A stretch of 64,000 nucleotides of DNA, taken from contig JBFLYH010000002.1 in the NCBI GenBank assembly GCA_040756875.1, forward strand, positions 606,526 through 670,525, given 5' to 3'. The position numbers were made by a program, and so were the translations under genes. Shown piece after piece: positions 56,186 through 64,000 of this stretch (the first letter of the stretch is position 1; each line of letters begins with the position of its first letter). The notes beneath the pieces were generated by a model, which saw nothing but the letters and a program-made list of their open reading frames with translations, was not told where the DNA came from and did no database searches. The stretch comes from a candidate division FCPU426 bacterium. GTDB taxonomy: Bacteria > Oederibacteriota > JAAXVQ01 > JAUVAV01.

Positions 56186-57022
56186 TCAGTTTTCTTTTGG
56201 TTGCGGCACCATCCAATCCCCCAACGCTTGATTGATATCCGCAAATTCCTGCAAGGACAATGTCTCCGGCCGGCGTTGCGAATCGATGCCTGCCCGGGCT
56301 AAAGCGCTTTCCCAATATTCCTGTCGCGGTGCACGCTCCAAACCCTGCAGGCATTTTCGCAAAGTCTTGCGCCGATGGGTGAAGGCCGACCGGACAAGGT
56401 ACAAGAACATCTCTTCATCACTGACATGCACCTGAGGAGCCTCTCTCTTGTCCAATCGAATGATCGCAGATGAAACCAGCGGCGGAGGGTTGAATGCCTT
56501 GGCCGGCACCCGGCATACATAATGCGGTTCGCTATAATATCGCGCCGCGACACTCAGCGCGGAATAGTCCTTGCTCCCTGGTTCGCTGCATAGGCGTCTT
56601 CCCACTTCATCCTGGACCATTACCACCAAACGGTCGCAACGCGCTTTGCTGGCAAGTACGTGCATAACCATTTGGGTGGCCATGTAATATGGAAGGTTGG
56701 CGACAAGCTTAATTCGTTTGAATCCCTTTTCGCGCAATTCACCAATCACTTCATCCCAGCTGATATACCGGGCATCAAGATTACGGACTTCGAAATTGTT
56801 GTGGTTTTCGAATTTTTCTTTCAATTTATCGATAAATCGGGAATCAATCTCTAATGCCAGCACCAAACCGGCCTTGGGCAATAAGTATTTGGTTAAAACA
56901 CCCTTACCAGGCCCGACTTCAATGACCGCGTCTTCCGGCGAAAGCTCGGCTGCTTCCACTGCCTTCATGGCGTAATGGATATGTTTAAGAAAATGTTGGC
57001 CATATTTGGGTTTTTTTAGCAT
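56186..57022 (-). CDS. rsmA: 16S rRNA m6,2A dimethyltransferase
   Basis: GQHFL, EVGPGKG.LT, VANLPY, MVQDEV, F.PPP.V.S, RRKTL, RRPETL. Confidence 0.96.
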   Translation of the reverse strand: MLKKPKYGQHFLKHIHYAMKAVEAAELSPEDAVIEVGPGKGVLTKYLLPKAGLVLALEIDSRFIDKLKEKFENHNNFEVRNLDARYISWDEVIGELREKGFKRIKLVANLPYYMATQMVMHVLASKARCDRLVVMVQDEVGRRLCSEPGSKDYSALSVAARYYSEPHYVCRVPAKAFNPPPLVSSAIIRLDKREAPQVHVSDEEMFLYLVRSAFTHRRKTLRKCLQGLERAPRQEYWESALARAGIDSQRRPETLSLQEFADINQALGDWMVPQPKEN

Positions 57023-58044
57023 CGGGAATTAATGACCATTTCTCTGGCAGTCAGGATCGCCTGGCGCATGGAATGAGGATCCGCTACATTTTTACCTGCA
57101 ATTGAAAATGCCGTGCCATGATCCGGCGAAGTCCGGATTATTGGCAAACCTGCTGTAATATTCACGCCATTGTTAAAATGCCTCATTTTAAAAGGTATTA
57201 ATCCCTGATCATGATACATACATACGAATAAGTCGAAAGCTTCAGTGTATTTATCAGTAAATAACGTATCGGCTGGAAAAGGCCCTTTAATATTAATCCC
57301 TTTCTTCTTCAGTTTACTAATGGCTGGTTTTATTATTGTTATTTCCTCTTTTCCAAAAATCCCATTTTCTCCTGCGTGTGGATTTAAACCAGCACAGGCG
57401 ATTCTGGGTCTAGAGATGTTGAAATATTTTTTTAAAGTTTCATTTCCTGTAATACAAGTCTCTATAACCTTTTGAACATTTATTATAGAATGAACTCTGG
57501 ATAAAGGTTCATGAATAGTCACAAGTATTACTCGAAATACACCTCCAATAAACATCATGGAATATCTTTTTGTTTTAGTCATTTTCGCGAGCAGTTCAGT
57601 GTGTCCAGGGAAAAATATCTTTGCTTCATGCCAAGCTTCTTTAGATATAGGTGCTGTTACCATGGCATCAACACTTTTATCCATACAAAGCTGAATACCC
57701 CTGGTCACTGCTTTATATGACATAAATCCGCTAGCTTTATTACCCCTGCCAATTTCAATCATACCATTCGAGATATCACTATTAATAAATAATATTCTTC
57801 CTTTTAGTGCATAATGCTGATTTGATACCGTGTTGTCATCAACTACGATTATTTTTTTAATTGTTTTTACAAAGTGTTTCATCCTTTTAAACACATTGAA
57901 ATCGCCTATAATTAAAGGACAAATCTTTGAGGTAATTGTTTTATCATTTAAACACTTTAAAATAATCTCTGGACCTATGCCTGCAGGATCGCCCATCGTA
58001 ATAGCAATTCTAGGAATAAACTTGTTTTTTAATCGGATTAGCAT
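57016..58044 (-). CDS. pdxA: 4-hydroxythreonine-4-phosphate dehydrogenase
   Basis: TMGDPAGIGPE, TAPISK, GHTE, GLNPHAGE, PADT, MYHDQGL, RTSPDHGTAF; start uncertain. Confidence 0.95.
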   Translation of the reverse strand: MLIRLKNKFIPRIAITMGDPAGIGPEIILKCLNDKTITSKICPLIIGDFNVFKRMKHFVKTIKKIIVVDDNTVSNQHYALKGRILFINSDISNGMIEIGRGNKASGFMSYKAVTRGIQLCMDKSVDAMVTAPISKEAWHEAKIFFPGHTELLAKMTKTKRYSMMFIGGVFRVILVTIHEPLSRVHSIINVQKVIETCITGNETLKKYFNISRPRIACAGLNPHAGENGIFGKEEITIIKPAISKLKKKGINIKGPFPADTLFTDKYTEAFDLFVCMYHDQGLIPFKMRHFNNGVNITAGLPIIRTSPDHGTAFSIAGKNVADPHSMRQAILTAREMVINSRC

Positions 58045-58869
58045 AGCAATATACACATCCTTCCGGACAATGCTGCTGATACGACCCGATATCAATTGAT
58101 TTGCTACAATTACACTCTTTTCTTTGTCCTCTATCCTTGTCACAACTTATTGAATTTTGTAAAGGATGAATTATTGATATAAATTCACTATTTACACATT
58201 TTGCCGGCGTTACTCCAAAAGGAGTAAATACCGGCGATGAACAGGCATTCAGCCTCATATTATAATCATTTGCTACTTCCAGCAATTGATTAATATCTCT
58301 TTTAATCTCTTCTGAATTCGGCTCTGCTATATTAATTGAATAATGCTCTGCTCTGGCTTTTGATTTCGCATACCATTGACATAAAGAGATGATTACATTT
58401 TGGATGCCAGCATCAGCGATTATTGGAGCTATTTTTTTGAAAATACTTATATTGCTTGCTTTTTTCCCCCCGTCCATCCAATAAACAATAGGATCGAATC
58501 GCCATACCACTCTCTCGCAGCTTCCGGCGATATCTACCAGGTGTTTCCCTTGTAAAGCTGTTTTATTATAAGGTAGTATACCCGGTTCCAGCGAAGTGCC
58601 GCCTAATCCTGTTATCGTGAAATGAAAAAAAGCTGTTGGTACCTTTTCAATCGGTCCAAAAGCTTGCATTCGTTGGCAAGCAACCTTGAAAAATCCTTGG
58701 ACCATAAAACTATTGTGTGAACATCGCTCGGGTCGAGGGAAACATGCCTGACTTGGCCTGAGAAGGGGTTTTTTACTTCAACCCATTTTTGTTCCAGCCA
58801 CCCTGAAAATACGGAAGGAAACATTCTCGCCAAATCGGTCCGGCGGGAAGCCGAGATAATTTCCGCCAT
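58010..58869 (-). pseudogene. DUF1848 family gene split by a frameshift (pseudogene, recoding or sequence error)
   Basis: N-part 58612-58869 (IISASRRTD, NPF, WSKD) and C-part 58010-58705 (FTIT, WRFDPI, CV, DRGQRKECNC..SIDIGSY..C..GCVYCYAN) join across the A7 run at 58625-58631. Confidence 0.85.
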
Positions 58870-58872
58870 GGC

Positions 58873-59844
58873 TCACTGGGCCAATTGGTTTGAGAGGTGG
58901 TAGTATTCCCGGCCAAGATGCTTCTGCCTGGCCGTTACGATCGCCAGGGGCGAAGCAACGATATGATCGTTTTGGAGCCCTGATAAATGGGCGTACAGAC
59001 CTTTCGCCAGGTTCTGGACAGCGGCATGTCCCATGCGTGCCGCTAGCAGGCGGCTGCGGGCCGAGGGGCTGCCGCCGCGCTGAATATATCCCAGGATCGA
59101 AAGCCGGACACGCAAGCCGGTTTTGGCCTTCAATTGCTCCGTGATTTTTTTTGAGTCGCCGGCCCCCTCGGCCATCACGATGATCGAAGATAGCTTGCCG
59201 CGCTTCTTGCCGTTGACCAGCATCCGGCTGATTGCATCCAACTGGTATTTGATTTCCGGAACCAGCACAGCCTCCGCCCCGCACGCCAGCCCGACTTCCA
59301 CGGCGATGAATCCGTTGTGACGGCCCATGACTTCAATGAGAAACACCCGTTCGTGGGAGGTGGCGGTGTCGCGGATCTGGTCGATGGCGGTGACGGCCGT
59401 GTTCACGGCCGTATCGAATCCCACCGTGTCGTCCGTTCCGTAGACGTCGTTATCGATGGACGCCGGCACCACGGCCACTGGCAACTGGATTTCACGGTGG
59501 ATCGCCTGTGCGGCTGCGGCGCTGCCATTGCCGCCGATCACCACCAACCCTTCCAGACCTAGCTCGCGGATATGCCGATAGGCTTTTGCCCTTTGGGAGG
59601 CTTGCTTGAATTCGGGACAACGGACAGTCCGCAGAATAGTGCCGCCACGGTTGATGATTCCGCCGACACTGCGCGAATCCATGGGCTGTGTTTCCCGATT
59701 GATCAAACCCCAATAGCCGCGTAATATCCCGGTCACCCTCCACTTGCGGTCCGTTGCGGCGCGTACAACGGCCCGGATGGCGGCATTCATCCCGGGCGCA
59801 TCTCCCCCGGAAGTCAATACCCCTATATGCTTTATCTTGATCAC
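58873..59844 (-). CDS. pfkA: ATP-dependent 6-phosphofructokinase
   Basis: LTSGGDAPGMNAA, GGTIL, IGGNGS, SIDND, EVMGR, LGYIQRGG. Confidence 0.97.
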   Translation of the reverse strand: MIKIKHIGVLTSGGDAPGMNAAIRAVVRAATDRKWRVTGILRGYWGLINRETQPMDSRSVGGIINRGGTILRTVRCPEFKQASQRAKAYRHIRELGLEGLVVIGGNGSAAAAQAIHREIQLPVAVVPASIDNDVYGTDDTVGFDTAVNTAVTAIDQIRDTATSHERVFLIEVMGRHNGFIAVEVGLACGAEAVLVPEIKYQLDAISRMLVNGKKRGKLSSIIVMAEGAGDSKKITEQLKAKTGLRVRLSILGYIQRGGSPSARSRLLAARMGHAAVQNLAKGLYAHLSGLQNDHIVASPLAIVTARQKHLGREYYHLSNQLAQ

Positions 59845-59859
59845 GCGTTTCCTCCGTCC

Positions 59860-61269
59860 TTACGGCTGTTCTTCAACGACTTTAAATTCCACGCGCCGGT
59901 TGCGTCTTCGTCCTTCGGCCGTGGCATTGTCGGCGATCGGCCTGCTTTCACCGTAACCGACGGGAATGAACTGCTCGGCCAGCAGCCTGTGGTGGTCGAC
60001 CAAATAGGCCTGGACAGCCTGCACCCGGCTTTGGGATAGGCGCAAATTGGTTTTCGCCGAGCCTTGCGCATCCGTATGTCCTTCGATGCGGATGCGCAGG
60101 TCTGGGAACGACGCCGCTTCTGCGGCTATTTCATCCAGTGTGCCCAGGGATTCCGGCGTCAATATCGTCGAACCGCTTTTAAACTGTATATTCACCAGTT
60201 GACCGAGCTCAATTCGCCGGCTGATGGCCTCTATGCGCTCCTCCAGCGCCTGACGCTGGGGTACTGGTGTCGGCACTGGCGTGGGAACCGCAGTCGGTTG
60301 CGCGGTGGGCGTCGGAGCCGGTGAAGCGGCCGCGAATTGATACGTCATGGAAATGCGGTGGGTCGTGCCAAAAAAGCCGTAAGGCACGAAAGCATAATCC
60401 AATCGAAACGGCGCATATCGCAAGCCCAGGCCCGCCGTGACGCCGGCGGCTGCTTGGCTCCCAAAATTGGCGTACAATTCGGATGGATCGATTTTTTCCT
60501 GATACATGTAACCCGCCCGCAAGGCCAGGGTTCCGGCGAACAAGTATTCGGCGCCCAAGGCGATCTTTCCAGGTTGCTCCAACAGCTGGTTGTAATCCAG
60601 GGTAAGGGCGACTTCTTTTAGGGGAAGGTAGGCTGCGCCCAGCTTGAAATTGATGGGAAGACGATAATATTCTTCCCGCAGACTGGTCGCTGGTCCCAGG
60701 TGCTGGACGACCCCTCCCAGGCGCAGTCCGGGCCAGGGCAGAAAGTAAAGGAAGCCAGCGTCCACGGCCCATCCGAGGTTGGCCTGGGCATCAATGGTTT
60801 CCGAAAACATCAATACATTTGCGCCCAAGTGCAGATGTTCCGAGAAGCGAAGCCCATACCCTGCCGTGAACCCAAAATCCGCGGCGGAAAAAGTCCCGCG
60901 GCCGGGATCATCTGGGGTGTCTCCGATGTCCGAACGCACCAAGTCGCCGGCGTTTAGATAAACCAGCGAGCCGCCGATCGTTCCATTCAGCCAGGGCAGT
61001 GCCAACGCGACGTGATCGAAAAAAATGTCCTCCAACCAAAAGACGTGCATAGCCGTGGCTTCGGGCGTCGTAATCTGGGCTAGTCCCGCAGGATTCCAAT
61101 AAAGGGCGGTTGCGTCGTCGGCTAAACCCGCGTACGCTTCGCCCATGGCCACGGCCCGCGGGCCGACGCTGATTTTCAAGAATGTGGCGGCAGTAGTTCC
61201 TTTTCCGGAAATAGCCAAGGCTGAAAGTGGAAGGCATCCCACGAGAACCGCGATGAAAATATTGCGCAT
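59860..61269 (-). CDS. PorV/PorQ-like outer-membrane beta-barrel fused by a Pro/Thr linker to an OmpA-like peptidoglycan-binding domain
   Basis: Signal peptide; TTAATFLKI..GPRAVAMGEA..ADDATALYWNPAGL; ..LDYAFVPYG.FG.THRIS; PTPTAQPTAVPTPVPTP; IEGHTD..N..LS..R..GYGESRPIADN..GRRRNRRVE. Confidence 0.88.
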   Translation of the reverse strand: MRNIFIAVLVGCLPLSALAISGKGTTAATFLKISVGPRAVAMGEAYAGLADDATALYWNPAGLAQITTPEATAMHVFWLEDIFFDHVALALPWLNGTIGGSLVYLNAGDLVRSDIGDTPDDPGRGTFSAADFGFTAGYGLRFSEHLHLGANVLMFSETIDAQANLGWAVDAGFLYFLPWPGLRLGGVVQHLGPATSLREEYYRLPINFKLGAAYLPLKEVALTLDYNQLLEQPGKIALGAEYLFAGTLALRAGYMYQEKIDPSELYANFGSQAAAGVTAGLGLRYAPFRLDYAFVPYGFFGTTHRISMTYQFAAASPAPTPTAQPTAVPTPVPTPVPQRQALEERIEAISRRIELGQLVNIQFKSGSTILTPESLGTLDEIAAEAASFPDLRIRIEGHTDAQGSAKTNLRLSQSRVQAVQAYLVDHHRLLAEQFIPVGYGESRPIADNATAEGRRRNRRVEFKVVEEQP

Positions 61270-61297
61270 GCACCAGCTCCCTGGAGGGTGTTTCCAT

Positions 61298-61327
61298 ATA
61301 TTAGCATCTCTTTCCAGGGCGCGTCAA
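61298..61327 (-). promoter_or_regulatory. Possible sigma-70 promoter of the porV-ompA / pfkA unit
   Basis: Minus strand TTGACG, 18 nt, TAATAT, with an extended -10 TG. Confidence 0.45.
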
Positions 61328-61985
61328 TGGAGGCAAGAATCCATATTGGCTCAAACGGTTATTTGTAAAGAGTGAATGTCGTTCTTCCGGGAATGAGTGC
61401 ACCCCGATTTTTATTTTCTCGACCAATCAACCAGGCGACCACTCTGCAACCCCTGCTCGTGCAACCGCCCTTTCCTTACCCTCGTTCAATGCCCCATTCG
61501 CTTGTCATCCTTGTAGTGGGAGGGTTTATACGCAGATCCCAAGGTCATAGGTATTTTCAATAGTGAGTGACTACATCGAATTTCAGCCTTAAGCATTCAA
61601 TCATCCTGGATGAGAAACGAATTGGAAAATTGTAATATACTAGAATATCTTGAAGCAGCATTTATTGGTAATTATTGCTACCATACAAGCGTGCATTTTT
61701 AGAAATTTAAATATAAATTAAACTGTGCCTTATTGAATAATTGAATTAATTCATTTTTTAATAATGAGCATAACCAATGATAATTACAGACACGATTTTA
61801 TGTTTTTAATAATTTTAACCCCTTCTACGCAATATTTTAGTAATATAGAGAGACACTATAATTTTAGTTCTTTTTATTTGAGTTATGATACGGTTTACTT
61901 GGCGTGAAATTAATTTATTTTTCCGGAATTTAGCCAATTATTTAAGCATTCTATATGCTGAGTGGTATATAAAGCCTTTATTAAA

Positions 61986-64000
61986 TTATAAACCACCATA
62001 ATTTTTATCAAGTGCAGACCCGCTGGTTGATACTTCGAAAATTCTGCATGGTTCAGAAATTCCTTTTAGCATAACCGCCTCATGAATCTCCCTGATTATT
62101 ATTCTCCGCTGCAATATTTTATCTATATAATTGAATAATTTTTCCTGCTTAAAAACCTCTTCCTTTGCATTGAATGCCTGGATGCTGGTTTCCTTTTTAA
62201 TGGTTTCGAAAACACCTTCGGTTATGACGATTCCTCGATTAAAGAGCTTTTTCTCCCAGGCATGCACATTATAGGGGAATGGCTGTGGATAATGGGTCTC
62301 GATATAATTCCTGACCTCTTCTGATGACCCGGACAAACGGGCTGCCTGCGACAACTGGGGAGATATCACGATTTTTATTTTTTCGCCTTGGTCCTGTTGA
62401 TCCTGTCCTATCAGCGCAAAAAACAGTTCTCCGGCGGTTATAGCAATCCCGATATCCACTCTTGGCATAGCCCGTGTGGCAGCCACTTTAGACAAGGCCT
62501 TTTTAATATCATCCTCTTCCAGCACGCGGGTTTCTATTTGAGCCAATTCCGTTAGAAAATCTTGGACTTTACCCGGTGCCTCGCCCGGTTTTAAATGCTT
62601 CAGCAGTCCCCGTATTTTTTCCGTATCTTGAAGGTTTACACCCGTTTCCAGGGCAGCTTGATAGATTTCCCGCGCTTCCCGCAAATGCTCCTCAGAAGCT
62701 TGACGTCTAAGTTTGGCGAATTGTCCTGAAATCATGTAAGCTGCACGGATGCTGCTTTGGGCCTGGCGGTAATAAGCCGAATAACCGTCGCCTGCGAAGT
62801 AGATTCTTTCCCCCTGATAATTCAGGGCGATTTGATTTACAGCCGTCAGGTAAGGCGTCAGGAAGGAGGCGGTATCCTTGGTCAGGCGCATGGTGGTTTC
62901 CGTGGAATTGCGCAAATCTGCAAACATGAAAATAACGCGCTCCCCCCGGCGGCTGTTGGTGGGATAGATCTCCCCCGCGGCGCGCAAATAGAATAAATTG
63001 CCGTCTAAAAATTGGTTTTCGATTTCCTCCTGACGTTTGTCCTGCAAATCCAGCAATTCGATTCTTTCGACGCCCGCCCGTAATGTAGTGCTGATTTTTA
63101 CTTCCTGGGTGCGCCATAAACGCAGCCCCTGCCAGGGTATGGCCTGCCCCGCGATCCGGCCGTAATGCGAACGGACAAGGCTGAAATCATCGATCAATCC
63201 TTGGATGACGCCATAGCGGCCTATGGCATCGGTCAGCTGGTCGGTCAATTCCATGCGGGTCAATCGACCGAACCAGCGTTTTCGTCCCCGCTTGGCGGTT
63301 TCCGCCCCCCAGCGCAAGAGGGCGATGGCCTCTTCCGCTGCACGGGCATCCGCCTTGCGCAGGATTTTTTGCACTCGCCGGCGCACCGCCGGCCGAGTCA
63401 GCGTTTCCTCCAGCTGGCGTTCGTTGACAATATAGGGATAAAGCTCCGTTAAATTCGGATGCGAGCGCAAAAAGGCCCGCAAGGCTTTGCGCACCTGCGC
63501 CCTGACATTCTCGGAAACCATTCTGGCGCGCAGATCGTGGTGCCGCCGCAGCTGACTGAGCAGACGGTTGCGGTCAGGCCGGCTTTCCAGCAATTGCTGC
63601 CAGGCAAGGGGTTCCCCGGCAAAACGGGCGCCGGGTCTAGCCGCAAAGCGGCGGCTTCTGCCCACCGCCTGGAGCGCGGCTTTGTGCAATTGGGACCTTA
63701 CTGCATAAGATAGCTGATAGGGATTGGGACCTGCCAGTTCTTCCTCAATCATCCCGGCGTCGCCCTGGTCATTGAAGGCCAATATGAAGGGATTCAACAG
63801 CCTTAGAACCGCTGGTTCAGGCTCCCCGTGTCCCAGGCACGCCTGACGCTTTTGGGTGAGGAGGTCGTCCCGCTCCACCTGGCGCCAGCACAGGGCCAAG
63901 CTGCGTCCCAGGGTCAGGCGGGCGGCCACGGCCATCTTGCCTAGGATTTCAACCTGCTTTTCGAAATACTCCGAGATCATCTCGGCGCACAGGCTGGCCG
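61986..64000 (-). CDS. Large protein with a class III nucleotidyl cyclase-like domain (5' end beyond the window)
   Basis: FMFADLRNST...YFAGDG...DIGIAITAGE...SQAARLSG...IVITE...LKGI. The frame stays open past 63980 to the window end. Confidence 0.75.
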   Translation of the reverse strand, partial: ASLCAEMISEYFEKQVEILGKMAVAARLTLGRSLALCWRQVERDDLLTQKRQACLGHGEPEPAVLRLLNPFILAFNDQGDAGMIEEELAGPNPYQLSYAVRSQLHKAALQAVGRSRRFAARPGARFAGEPLAWQQLLESRPDRNRLLSQLRRHHDLRARMVSENVRAQVRKALRAFLRSHPNLTELYPYIVNERQLEETLTRPAVRRRVQKILRKADARAAEEAIALLRWGAETAKRGRKRWFGRLTRMELTDQLTDAIGRYGVIQGLIDDFSLVRSHYGRIAGQAIPWQGLRLWRTQEVKISTTLRAGVERIELLDLQDKRQEEIENQFLDGNLFYLRAAGEIYPTNSRRGERVIFMFADLRNSTETTMRLTKDTASFLTPYLTAVNQIALNYQGERIYFAGDGYSAYYRQAQSSIRAAYMISGQFAKLRRQASEEHLREAREIYQAALETGVNLQDTEKIRGLLKHLKPGEAPGKVQDFLTELAQIETRVLEEDDIKKALSKVAATRAMPRVDIGIAITAGELFFALIGQDQQDQGEKIKIVISPQLSQAARLSGSSEEVRNYIETHYPQPFPYNVHAWEKKLFNRGIVITEGVFETIKKETSIQAFNAKEEVFKQEKLFNYIDKILQRRIIIREIHEAVMLKGISEPCRIFEVSTSGSALDKNYGGL

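Overview
A 64 kb chromosomal segment from a GC-rich, probably diderm and anaerobic bacterium. Every gene I can support is on the minus strand. Most of it is housekeeping: hprK-ptsN-hpf-rpoN, uvrA, mnmA, nfo, nadX/nadA, panBCD, folK/folC, dapL/B/A/F-lysA, accD, trpCFBA, tatD-radical SAM, metG, ricT, holB, tmk, fhs, a split metH, dcd, pepA, rsmA, pdxA and pfkA. T9SS-type C-terminal sorting domains, Thr/Pro linkers and a PorV-like barrel suggest an uncultured lineage such as candidate division FCPU426 or a relative (inference). The best candidate for a new system is a three-gene cluster at 5014-7133. It encodes two paralogous secreted beta-rich subunits with TasA/donor-strand-pilin-like features. 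The third protein carries only a copy of the subunit's N-terminal strand, a Thr/Pro stalk and a T9SS-like C-terminal domain, which is the architecture expected of a 'donor-strand-only' anchor. Other notable items: a PorV-OmpA fusion; several apparent pseudo-enzymes (C45, PaaK-like, FGase-like, ADC-like); nested REP/MITE-like palindromes, including a probable in-frame insertion in mnmA; a frameshifted DUF1848 gene at a slippery heptamer; a class III cyclase with a non-canonical specificity residue; and AT-rich troughs that run through genes. No rRNA, tRNA, CRISPR array or transposase was seen. All family assignments come from motif recognition, not database searches.
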